Source: a virus (lineage: Duplodnaviria; Caudoviricetes). From it: DNA of 38,838 nucleotides. The notes under the pieces are model-generated. The model saw only the letters and a list, made by a program, of their open reading frames with translations, ran no database searches and was not told the origin of the DNA. The DNA is taken from positions 1-38,838 of the IMG/VR virus record IMGVR_UViG_3300033076_000885; one strand, written 5' to 3'. Position 1 is the first letter of the stretch. Each line of letters starts with the position of its first letter. This document shows, piece after piece, positions 23,867 to 31,675 of the stretch. A program made the translations under genes and the position numbers.

Positions 23867-24232
23867 ATGCAAACAGTTGAATTTGAAATCATTGGCGAAC
23901 CGGCATCTAAGGCGAACTCTCGCCGCTGGACGGGAAAGTTTTTCATCAAAAGCGAGAAGGCTCTGAACTATTCCAAGGAGTTCCTCAAGCAATGTCCGAT
24001 CCTCGACCCGCTGATGGCCGGTGATCTGCACGTTGACATGACGATCTGGTATGCCTCTCGGCGCCCTGACTTGGATGAAAGCTTGATCCTCGACCTCATG
24101 CAGGAACGCATCTACCTCAATGACCGACAAGTTCGATCCAAGTATATACGATGGGCACTGGACAAATCCCGACCCCGTACTCTCATCCGAGTCTCACCTC
24201 TGGATAGCAGTGGTGATGCAGGGCGTGATTGA
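23867..24232 (+). CDS. rusA: RusA-like Holliday junction resolvase
   Basis: GEPASKANSRR and RRPDLD...ILD.MQ..IY.NDRQV motifs. Confidence 0.85.
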   Translation: MQTVEFEIIGEPASKANSRRWTGKFFIKSEKALNYSKEFLKQCPILDPLMAGDLHVDMTIWYASRRPDLDESLILDLMQERIYLNDRQVRSKYIRWALDKSRPRTLIRVSPLDSSGDAGRD

Positions 24233-24476
24233 CGCCGCATCGACCAACAAGGAACTGCGCGAAGAGATTAGGGATTGGGTTGGCACGGAAGACTACGATA
24301 CGGTGATCGAGCTTTCCGGCATGAACCCAATCACAGTCCGGGCGAAGTTTGATGAAATCCTTCGGGAGAAAACACATCGCGGCGCCTTTAAGAAGGCCAT
24401 GAAATTTAGGTATGCAGTTAAAGCATATCTGACCCGCGTTGGTGGCATATCCAAGCAGGACAAGGATGATGTCTGA
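24120..24476 (+). CDS. Phage hypothetical protein
   Basis: LW.AV..Q...DA...W....D...V..L.G..P pattern. Overlaps rusA in another frame; start uncertain. Confidence 0.65.
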   Translation: MTDKFDPSIYDGHWTNPDPVLSSESHLWIAVVMQGVIDAASTNKELREEIRDWVGTEDYDTVIELSGMNPITVRAKFDEILREKTHRGAFKKAMKFRYAVKAYLTRVGGISKQDKDDV

Positions 24477-24517
24477 TCTCGGTGTGTATATGTATACACA
24501 CAACTTTTGAGACATCT

Positions 24518-24547
24518 TGCGCCTCCCCTCGGGGGCCGTGCTAGTCT
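24518..24547 (+). promoter_or_regulatory. Putative alphaproteobacterial housekeeping promoter
   Basis: TTGCGC followed after a normal spacer by tGCTAGTCT. Confidence 0.4.
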
Positions 24548-24860
24548 GGTTAGACTGATTCGTTGTCGGAGAAATTACGGCGGGGCGAATCAGGTCTGTG
24601 GTTACCGTGGGTGCCTACCAAAGCCACAAGCGCAGTCCTGAAGACAGAAGCGCGGTAGGGGCGGACACACCAGTCTGTCGAAGTAGCTGTCTAGCTTAGT
24701 CCTTGGTGCATGAAGGACGGCCTCGATTTCTGCGACTCGTCTGATCGGGTAAGATAGAAAGAGAGAGGAACGCCCAGATGCAAAATCTGGGTGTTGCCAC
24801 GTTTTGGTCCTCTCTCGAAATCTACGATCTGAACTGTTGGGTAAGATATAGGAGACGTAT

Positions 24861-25022
24861 ATGTCTTGTAATTGTAACGATTGTAATTGCGAAGAACTCC
24901 GTTCTCTCATTCAGGAATACATTGACCTTCTGGATGACGATAGCGTTTTCGATGACGATGAATGGTCTGACCGTGTAGACGAGACGCTCAGCCGCATTCG
25001 CTTTTTGCTCTCGACAAGCTAA
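24861..25022 (+). CDS. 53-aa Cys-rich, acidic protein (not in ORF track)
   Basis: AGGAG RBS. Translates as MSCNCNDCNCEELRSLIQEYIDLLDDDSVFDDDEWSDRVDETLSRIRFLLSTS. Confidence 0.65.
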   Translation: MSCNCNDCNCEELRSLIQEYIDLLDDDSVFDDDEWSDRVDETLSRIRFLLSTS

Positions 25023-25045
25023 ACGAACAGTGCTTATCTGCCGAC

Positions 25046-26809
25046 ATGGAGAAAGCACAGCACATCATTGAACAGCAATTCAAAGGGGCACACGCGCGAA
25101 TCGTGTGTCCTTTTTGTGCCTCTACGAGGCGCAGGGAAAACCGAAATCAGAGAACGATGACCCTCGACCGGGGTGATGCAGGAATTATCTATTACTGCCA
25201 TCATTGCAGCGAGAACGGGGTTGTTCCGTTTGAAAAGAGAGAATGGGCACCAGCCCGGAGGGAGAGAGTTTTGGAGCCTGTAGTCGCCGAGAAGATTGAC
25301 ACACGACCGCTCGGCGCAGAGGAACTGAAGTTCCTTGAGAGCCGTGGCATCCCGCAGGATATTGCGGTGGAGTACGGCGTGTTCAGTTCTGATAAGTTCT
25401 TCCGCAAGATTGGCTCTCGCCACCTTGCCATTGGATTCCCGTACCGCAACAAGGGCGTCAACTACGCAGCGAAATACCGCTCCGTTGGTGAGATCAAGGA
25501 TTTCATTTGCGATGGCGCCCCGCAGACTTTGTTTGGCCTCGATAAGATCAACGTCGGAGACGACCTGATCATTGTGGAGGGTGAGTTCGATGTCCTCGCC
25601 TGTGCTGCCGCCGGGATCAAGGCGGTGAGCGTACCGAACGGCGCCCCCATGAAGGTTTCGGATGGTGCCATCGACCCGGAGGAGGATCGGAAGTTTCGGT
25701 TCCTTTGGGCCGCTAAGGATTACCTCGACAAGGCAAAGCGGATCATCATTGCCAATGAGGCTGATGAGAGCGGAGAGGCACTCGCTGAGGAGATTGCCCG
25801 GCGTGTCGGGAAGGATAAATGTTGGCGCGTTCACTGGCCGGAAGGCTCGAAGGATGCCAATGATGTCCTGCTTCGCAATGGTCCCGGCGCTGTCGTTCTT
25901 TCTGTGGAAGGCGCGAAGCCTTGGCCAGTTGCCGGTCTCTATGATGCGGATCACTTCGCCAAGCAGGTGGCCGAGATTTATGAGAAGGGCGCTGGTAAGG
26001 GAGAAAGCACCGGCTACCCTGATGTCGATGCCCTGTATACCGTGGCACCCGGTCAGCTTTGTGTGGCCACCGGCGTACCGTCCAGCGGCAAGTCAGAGTT
26101 CATCGACCAGATCATGGTCAATCTGGCCGAGAGCCGTCATTGGAAGTTTGCCATCTGCTCATTTGAAAACGAGCCCAAGTTCCACATCGCAAAGCTCATT
26201 TCGAAGAGGGTGAGGAAGCCGTTCTTTGACGGCCCGAATGCTCGTGTCTCGAAAGTAGAGTTCGATGCGGCGTTCAATTGGATCAACGATCACTTTGTAT
26301 TCGTCCATCAGGACGACGGTAGCCTTACCGATCTTGACGCCATCCTTGAACGCCTGAAGATTGCCGTCCTGCGGCATGGCATCCGTGGCGCCGTGATTGA
26401 TCCTTACAACTACATCGCCCGGCCACGTGACATCTCTGAGACCGATTGGATTTCCGAGATGCTCACCAAGCTCAAGACGTTCGTTATGGCACATGGAATC
26501 CATCTCTGGTTCGTTGCCCATCCCACTAAGCTCCGCAAAAACGATGATGGGTCATTGCCAATCCCCAAGGGCTATGACATCAGTGGTTCAGCAGCATGGT
26601 TTGCAAAGGCTGATATCGGCCTCACGATCCACCGGGTTCCTGAAGTTGCCCCGCAGGAGGTTGGTGTCCACATTTGGAAGTGCCGCTATGCGTGGGTTGG
26701 GCAGCAGGGAAGCACGATGCTGATCTATGACAAGGTGACTACGACATATGGGCAGCAGGAAGCCCCGTTCGCAGGTCCCAAGTATTCACAATTTGATACG
26801 GACTTCTGA
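25046..26809 (+). CDS. Primase-helicase (T7 gp4/Twinkle-like)
   Basis: Zinc finger CPFC..CHHC, TOPRIM VEGEFD and KDANDVL, Walker A GVPSSGKS, VIDPYN, VAHPTK, YDISGS. Confidence 0.93.
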   Translation: MEKAQHIIEQQFKGAHARIVCPFCASTRRRENRNQRTMTLDRGDAGIIYYCHHCSENGVVPFEKREWAPARRERVLEPVVAEKIDTRPLGAEELKFLESRGIPQDIAVEYGVFSSDKFFRKIGSRHLAIGFPYRNKGVNYAAKYRSVGEIKDFICDGAPQTLFGLDKINVGDDLIIVEGEFDVLACAAAGIKAVSVPNGAPMKVSDGAIDPEEDRKFRFLWAAKDYLDKAKRIIIANEADESGEALAEEIARRVGKDKCWRVHWPEGSKDANDVLLRNGPGAVVLSVEGAKPWPVAGLYDADHFAKQVAEIYEKGAGKGESTGYPDVDALYTVAPGQLCVATGVPSSGKSEFIDQIMVNLAESRHWKFAICSFENEPKFHIAKLISKRVRKPFFDGPNARVSKVEFDAAFNWINDHFVFVHQDDGSLTDLDAILERLKIAVLRHGIRGAVIDPYNYIARPRDISETDWISEMLTKLKTFVMAHGIHLWFVAHPTKLRKNDDGSLPIPKGYDISGSAAWFAKADIGLTIHRVPEVAPQEVGVHIWKCRYAWVGQQGSTMLIYDKVTTTYGQQEAPFAGPKYSQFDTDF

Positions 26810-26810
26810 C

Positions 26811-27137
26811 ATGGCGAAGAAAAGCAAAGAGCCCGTGCCATATCTAGTGATATGGAAAGACATTGTGGATGATGACAATGAATGGAAGCGTGGGGAGGTT
26901 AAGCTGGAACCCCAGCTAATCACCACCGTGGCGCTCCTGATGAAAAGAGAGAAGGACAAGATCACCCTCGTCAGGGATCATTACGTTGACGAGCATGACA
27001 TGGTAACTGGTGGACGGCTCGTGATCCCACGGGGCGTCATTGTTGAAATGCACAAACTTGTAAAGGAAGTAAAACATGAAACGGGAAGAAATCCTCAAGA
27101 CGGCGCTCCGGCTCGTGACGAAGGATCGGCAGGATGA
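26811..27137 (+). CDS. Phage hypothetical protein
   Basis: V.W.D......W..T...L..IP.G.I pattern; starts 1 nt after the helicase stop. Confidence 0.65.
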   Translation: MAKKSKEPVPYLVIWKDIVDDDNEWKRGEVKLEPQLITTVALLMKREKDKITLVRDHYVDEHDMVTGGRLVIPRGVIVEMHKLVKEVKHETGRNPQDGAPARDEGSAG

Positions 27138-27471
27138 CTATGGCAGTGCCGAGAGCAATATGTCTCTCGCCGGTGAACTGATCGACGCCTACATCAATGC
27201 CCTTGACCGTCCACTGATGGCCAGTGACGTGGCGATGATCAACATCCTTCAGAAGGTTGCTCGGACTGTGTTTGGCTACAAGGATGACAACGCCATCGAC
27301 ATTGCCGGTTACGCCTGTCTGTTTGGGGAACTTCGCGGCGATGAAATTGCATTCGAGAAAGAGATCACGCAGAAGTTGATGGGTGGCTTGGAAAGCAAAG
27401 TTTCCGAAATCATGGGGGAAATGGAACCCAAAAGCAACGTGGTCAATCTCAAGCCGTCAGACGCAAATTAA
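27076..27471 (+). CDS. DUF6378-like (nucleotide pyrophosphohydrolase-related) protein
   Basis: EIL..A...V..DRQ..YG....N..KVAR..D..IDIAGYA motif; AAGGA RBS. Confidence 0.75.
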   Translation: MKREEILKTALRLVTKDRQDDYGSAESNMSLAGELIDAYINALDRPLMASDVAMINILQKVARTVFGYKDDNAIDIAGYACLFGELRGDEIAFEKEITQKLMGGLESKVSEIMGEMEPKSNVVNLKPSDAN

Positions 27472-27531
27472 ATTTTGCTCTGATTGAAAAACCTATCACC
27501 ATTTTCAATGGTGATTGCCGGAGAACCCGGC

Positions 27532-27566
27532 AAAAAAATAGGGGGGCGGCGTGAGCCGTCCCCCTT
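27532..27566 (-). terminator. Rho-independent terminator (second in tandem)
   Basis: Minus strand reads GGGGGACGGC-TCAC-GCCGCCCCCC-TATTTTTTT. Confidence 0.85.
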
Positions 27567-27579
27567 GTCGTTCGCGCAT

Positions 27580-27606
27580 AAAAAAAGGGCGGGGTTTCCC
27601 CCGCCC
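27580..27606 (-). terminator. Rho-independent terminator of the early operon
   Basis: Minus strand reads GGGCGGGG-GAAA-CCCCGCCC-TTTTTTT. Confidence 0.88.
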
Positions 27607-27610
27607 GATC

Positions 27611-27715
27611 TCATTTGCCGTGACGCCCTCGGCGCTTCCCGCGCCCATGCCGTCCATCCACCTCCTCGATCACACAAGCGATGATGACGGTGGCGAAGAT
27701 CAAGACGCCGATCAT
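27611..27715 (-). CDS. 34-aa membrane-anchored basic peptide (not in ORF track)
   Basis: MIGVLIFATVIIACVIEEVDGRHGRGKRRGRHGK. ATGA-coupled; ends just before the terminator. Confidence 0.5.
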   Translation of the reverse strand: MIGVLIFATVIIACVIEEVDGRHGRGKRRGRHGK

Positions 27716-28191
27716 CCGCGCACCGTATAGACGACGTGCGGGTGGCCATCCTCGAAAGCTTCCAATGCAAGATCGCGATGCTCGGCGGTGATCTCACCCG
27801 CCGCGCTCGGACGTTCGAGGTTCCACCATTGCGGCCCCTCGGCTCCTTCATGGAAACTATCAAGCCATTTCGAAACGGCGATGGGCGAAGCTGCCATGAT
27901 GTGCACGAGCCCGTCCGCCCTTCCCATGTCGCAGTCGATGAACCCATAGACGATGGCAACGCGCCCGTTCTCTTGATACTCGGAGATCATCGAAGCGAGA
28001 CGAGCCCGGCCCTCTAGTTCATCCCAGCGGAAACGGTCTCGCGCCCTTCCGCGAAAATCACGCCCCCTGCGAACGAATGCGCGATACCGATCAAGCTTTC
28101 GCTTGTCGTTCGCCCACGATCCCAGCGCATCAGCTTCAGTCAACATTGGCCATGCGCCAAGGATGCGGTGAACATACTGATGACGGTTCAT
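27712..28191 (-). CDS. Hypothetical early protein
   Basis: GGAG RBS; ATGA coupling at both ends. Confidence 0.7.
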   Translation of the reverse strand: MNRHQYVHRILGAWPMLTEADALGSWANDKRKLDRYRAFVRRGRDFRGRARDRFRWDELEGRARLASMISEYQENGRVAIVYGFIDCDMGRADGLVHIMAASPIAVSKWLDSFHEGAEGPQWWNLERPSAAGEITAEHRDLALEAFEDGHPHVVYTVRG

Positions 28192-28364
28192 TGTGCTTTC
28201 TCCATGATATAGCCGTTGTCAATTAGGTGACGCGCCATGCGCCCATAGTTTCCCTGCAATTGCCACGCAAGGCCAGTGTCGATCAGATGCTGGAAAAGTT
28301 CCAGCACCTGATCCTCATCGAGATCACCGTCCTCGAAGGACATGATCATTCCAACCGTGTCCAT
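28188..28364 (-). CDS. 58-aa phage early protein (not in ORF track)
   Basis: FQHLIDTGLAWQLQGNYGRMA..LID.G, a motif I recognise from small phage proteins. AAGGAG RBS; coupled at both ends. Confidence 0.75.
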   Translation of the reverse strand: MDTVGMIMSFEDGDLDEDQVLELFQHLIDTGLAWQLQGNYGRMARHLIDNGYIMEKAQ

Positions 28365-28912
28365 CAAACGGTCTCCTTCTCAATGCTGCGGCCAAACATG
28401 TCCACCGGCGTGGCGGCATTCATCCGGTCTATCTCGCTCTCGATCATCTCAGCGATGAGCAACGCGCCCTCACCTGTCGAGCAAACGCGCCATTGCATGT
28501 CACGGTAGTTCGTCGCGTTGCCATAACCGAAAACAATCTTCTTTGCGCCGATAGCTTTTGCCATCGCCAATGCGTTCATAGCGCAGCGCCGAGATGATGG
28601 GTCTCGATCACTCGGCGTGATCTCGCCAAGCTTTCGCTCGATCTTCGCCAATGTCCGCGCATAAGCTTTCAGCGCCCGGCTGTCGATGCTGTAGGCTTGG
28701 TGGATCATAGGCTTGTCGAAGCCCAGCACCTCGGCGGCATCATCACGCCACCTGCTGAAATGTCCGCGAAGCTGAACATCAGCGAGAGGTGTGCCCGTGC
28801 CATTGAGAGGATGCTTTCCATCAGCATCCCACACCAGCGCATGGGCGATGGCATACTTGGTGCCATAGTGATCCGCGATCTCGAAGCGGATGCAGGTCTC
28901 AATCTTTTCCAT
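28364..28912 (-). CDS. Hypothetical early protein
   Basis: AAGGAGAGAGAAC-ATG leader. Confidence 0.7.
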   Translation of the reverse strand: MEKIETCIRFEIADHYGTKYAIAHALVWDADGKHPLNGTGTPLADVQLRGHFSRWRDDAAEVLGFDKPMIHQAYSIDSRALKAYARTLAKIERKLGEITPSDRDPSSRRCAMNALAMAKAIGAKKIVFGYGNATNYRDMQWRVCSTGEGALLIAEMIESEIDRMNAATPVDMFGRSIEKETV

Positions 28913-28923
28913 GTTCTCTCTCC

Positions 28924-29157
28924 TTATTGAGCCCAAGGCTCGTTTCTAATGAAGCGCAGGTGAGCGGCAATCCAACCGGGATACCACATGCGCCATTCGT
29001 AGCTGTCCTCCGTCAGATATCTCTGGCGCAGGTCTTGATGAATTGCAGTCTCGACATATGCAATGAAGTCAGCGCGGCAGAGCTTCTTCAATTCATTGCG
29101 CTCGGCTTCCTGTTCTTCATAGCTGCGGAAGTCGGTGATCTTTTCACTGCTGGTCAT
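28924..29157 (-). CDS. Hypothetical early protein
   Basis: Fills the operon and overlaps the upstream ORF end. Confidence 0.55.
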   Translation of the reverse strand: MTSSEKITDFRSYEEQEAERNELKKLCRADFIAYVETAIHQDLRQRYLTEDSYEWRMWYPGWIAAHLRFIRNEPWAQ

Positions 29158-29563
29158 CTTGCATGTCCCAGATGTTGCGTGTCGTGTTGAGGTTCAGGCA
29201 TTCGTTATTTGATGCCCAGTTCAATTCGCGCAGCCGATCCATCTCGGATGTCTCGCTGCTCATGTTCTCTATCTCTGCATCATGATGCTTTGTCACGTTG
29301 GTCTCCTTCTCGGGGGTTACATCGAAAATAAACTCGAGGCATTCGGTAGCATAAGGGAATGCCTCGGCGGCATCGTGCCATCGCATGAAGCCCGGCTCGG
29401 AATCCGCTGTGCCAATGCACCAGCACTTCCCGTGCATGTCGATCATGCGCTGCGCCCAATTAAACATGGCGTTGAACTCATCTTCGTCCATGCCATTGGG
29501 ATCACCGTTGACAAGCCAGTTCGCCCAATGCTCGGGCAGCACATATGTTTCGGTCTTGATCAT
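29144..29563 (-). CDS. Phage early protein (LP.HWA..L.NGD..G type), possibly fused
   Basis: Purine-rich leader AAAGAAAGGGAGAAAAGA-ATG; recognisable N-terminal motif. Confidence 0.7.
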   Translation of the reverse strand: MIKTETYVLPEHWANWLVNGDPNGMDEDEFNAMFNWAQRMIDMHGKCWCIGTADSEPGFMRWHDAAEAFPYATECLEFIFDVTPEKETNVTKHHDAEIENMSSETSEMDRLRELNWASNNECLNLNTTRNIWDMQDDQQ

Positions 29564-29621
29564 TCTTTTCTCCCTTTCTTTTTGGTGTCCCGCCCAGACC
29601 ATCCGAGCGGGACCATCATCA

Positions 29622-30524
29622 TCAAGCTGCGGCGCTGTCCTCGCCCTCGCCCTCGTGATCATCATCATCAGATGCTGCGAGGATGAAGTCGGTTGCGGCT
29701 TGTGCAAGAGACGCAGCTTTCATGAAAGCTTTGTCGTCGTCGCGCAGAACCTTGATCCAATTCGCAAGGTACTCGGGATGTTGAAGCTTACCGTTCACGC
29801 GATGAGCGGCGCAGAGAAAGGCGCTTGTCAATTCAGCGACAAGTTCTTCCGCAGCATATGATGCCGAGCCAAACCGCCCAGTGAGGTTGCGATCTAGGCG
29901 AGACGCATGGCCTGTCCAATGCCCGGCCTCGTGAAAGAACGTGGCCAATGCGGCGGCGTCCTCGTTAAAGGCGGCGGCGGTGGGCATCTGCACAATGTCG
30001 AGCGCGGGAATGTAACAGGCAACATTGCCACCGATCTGCAGATGCATGTTGATCTTCTCGGCGATCTCACGAGCCGTCATGTCCGCTGTTGTTTCGCGCA
30101 GCTCGATCACCTTGCGCTTGGGCAACGTGATGTTCTCGCACTGCTCGACGTTGAACATCTTCGAGAGCTTGATGAGCGGGATGGTCTTGATCTTTTCAGC
30201 GCCCGTCTCAGACCGTTCTTTGATGGTGAGCTTTTTGAAGTAGACCACATCAAGCGATGACCTCTCACCCTTTCGGACATTGCCGCCCAGAGCTTGGGCT
30301 TGGCGGTACGTGAGCCACCCGTTGCTGGTATAACCGCCCTTGGATGCGGCAACCCAGCCCAGCACCGTGTTGATGCCGCGATATGCGCGGCCGGTGAGCG
30401 CATTGTGAGGCATGGCGGAAACGTCACCGGGTAAGTCTTTCCACGGCTTCACCCAAGGAGCAGCGCCGGAGCGCATGGCATCGAGGATGGTGGCGGTGAT
30501 CTCGGCATAAGCGATATTCGACAT
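29622..30524 (-). CDS. ardC: Antirestriction protein ArdC (ssDNA-binding domain plus zincin-like metalloprotease)
   Basis: PW.KPW, N..TGR.YRGIN, W.TYRQA..LGGNVRKGE, FN..Q, HE..HWTGH..RL.R and YA.EELVAEL motifs. Confidence 0.93.
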   Translation of the reverse strand: MSNIAYAEITATILDAMRSGAAPWVKPWKDLPGDVSAMPHNALTGRAYRGINTVLGWVAASKGGYTSNGWLTYRQAQALGGNVRKGERSSLDVVYFKKLTIKERSETGAEKIKTIPLIKLSKMFNVEQCENITLPKRKVIELRETTADMTAREIAEKINMHLQIGGNVACYIPALDIVQMPTAAAFNEDAAALATFFHEAGHWTGHASRLDRNLTGRFGSASYAAEELVAELTSAFLCAAHRVNGKLQHPEYLANWIKVLRDDDKAFMKAASLAQAATDFILAASDDDDHEGEGEDSAAA

Positions 30525-30551
30525 TCTCTTTCTCTCTTTCTTTCTATTTCT

Positions 30552-30603
30552 GATCTCATCAGGCAGCGCCTTACGCTGCGACGGGCCGGAGCCCGTTTCG
30601 ATC
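30552..30603 (-). ncRNA. Type II hammerhead ribozyme
   Basis: Minus strand reads GAUC-GAAA-CGGGC(UCCG)GCCCG-UC^-GCAGCG(UAAGG)CGCUGC-CUGAUGA-GAUC. Complete core, three stems, GUC cleavage triplet. Confidence 0.92.
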
Positions 30604-31005
30604 TCAAACACCGGCGAGAACCTCGGCGCGGTTTTCTGTGCGGCGCTTCTCGATGACGCCCACGATGATGCCCATCCGCTCGATGGCGGCGGCGGCGCTT
30701 TCTGCGTCGGCGATCTCGGCAGCGATCTCGGCATCAGTCCAACACTCGACGATGCTGTCCCATCCCTCCGAGTAGTGGGCGTGGGCGTGATCCTTCACGG
30801 CTGCGACATTGTTGAGCAGCGCCACCAATGCATCCTCCATGCGCTCGACAATGTGATCGGCTTGATCGGGCCTTGCGGTGCGCGAGATCGGCACACCGGC
30901 ATCGAGCAGTAGCTGCTCGGCGAAGAGATATCTCTCTTCCGAGATGCCGAAAGCAGTTGCGTTGTCCCATGTCGCTGCGGCGGCGATGATAGCGGTGATG
31001 TTCAT
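30604..31005 (-). CDS. Hypothetical early protein
   Basis: AAAGAAAGAGAGAACATC-ATG leader. C-terminal A..HY..GWD..VECW pattern. Confidence 0.75.
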   Translation of the reverse strand: MNITAIIAAAATWDNATAFGISEERYLFAEQLLLDAGVPISRTARPDQADHIVERMEDALVALLNNVAAVKDHAHAHYSEGWDSIVECWTDAEIAAEIADAESAAAAIERMGIIVGVIEKRRTENRAEVLAGV

Positions 31006-31022
31006 GATGTTCTCTCTTTCTT

Positions 31023-31256
31023 TCAGTATTGATTGCGGATCAGGAAGTCGATCAGGGCGTTGCGATCACCCGTCTTTATTTTCCCGCGATGTAACGGGCG
31101 CAGGTTGATGTAGCTGGTGAGATGGCCGTCGATCATGATCTCACCGATCATGTTCTCGGCGGCATCGCGCAGCGCAGCCATTCGTGCATATGCTTTTCCG
31201 TCGCGGCGTATCATCGCGGCGAAGCGGCGCTCAAGACGTTCTTCGTCGTTCATCAT
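31023..31256 (-). CDS. Hypothetical early protein
   Basis: GGAG RBS; packed in the operon. Confidence 0.65.
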   Translation of the reverse strand: MMNDEERLERRFAAMIRRDGKAYARMAALRDAAENMIGEIMIDGHLTSYINLRPLHRGKIKTGDRNALIDFLIRNQY

Positions 31257-31261
31257 TTCAT

Positions 31262-31447
31262 TCACTCCACAAACAACGGGCGCATCGCCCGGCAGATGAA
31301 ATGGAAATCGCGCACCACATCATCAGGCACATCAGGCTCGGCTCTCATCTGTAGCTCATCGTCGATGACATACAGCGCATCAAGAAGGGATGAGCGCCCG
31401 GCCCAGTCCGTCACGTTGGTGATGGCAGATTGCAATTTGTCGGTCAT
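31262..31447 (-). CDS. Hypothetical early protein
   Basis: GAAAAGAGAGAACGAC-ATG leader. Confidence 0.65.
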   Translation of the reverse strand: MTDKLQSAITNVTDWAGRSSLLDALYVIDDELQMRAEPDVPDDVVRDFHFICRAMRPLFVE

Positions 31448-31463
31448 GTCGTTCTCTCTTTCT

Positions 31464-31649
31464 TCAGATGGCGTTGATGTTCGCGACGAGGTAGAGCATG
31501 GCATCGCTGCCCTGCTGCGTTTTGTCGGCATCGCGCCGAGCGCAGATATCGCCGTTGCGGCGGATCACCATCGTCGATGCATCCCATTGGCTGCTGCTTT
31601 CCAAAAATGCACGAGCGGCAGCACGAAGATTTTTGCTTACGGTTTTCAT
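31464..31649 (-). CDS. Hypothetical early protein, first clear gene of the operon
   Basis: AAAGAAAGAGAGAATAGAA-ATG leader directly after the second hammerhead. Confidence 0.65.
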   Translation of the reverse strand: MKTVSKNLRAAARAFLESSSQWDASTMVIRRNGDICARRDADKTQQGSDAMLYLVANINAI

Positions 31650-31675
31650 TTCTATTCTCTCTTTCTTTGTTTGCT

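Noticed and set aside
24865-24962. Short repeats ttgtaa and gatgacgat as possible replication iterons
   Set aside because: Explained by the Cys-Asn and Asp-Asp codons of the 53-aa ORF at 24861-25022.
30525-30734. N-terminal extension of ArdC given in the ORF track
   Set aside because: It runs through the upstream gene and the ribozyme. The purine leader and ArdC motifs support the ATG at 30524.
31300-31345. Minus-strand CUGAUGA as a third hammerhead
   Set aside because: Lies within a coding frame (PDVPDD) and lacks a suitably placed GAAA and paired stems.
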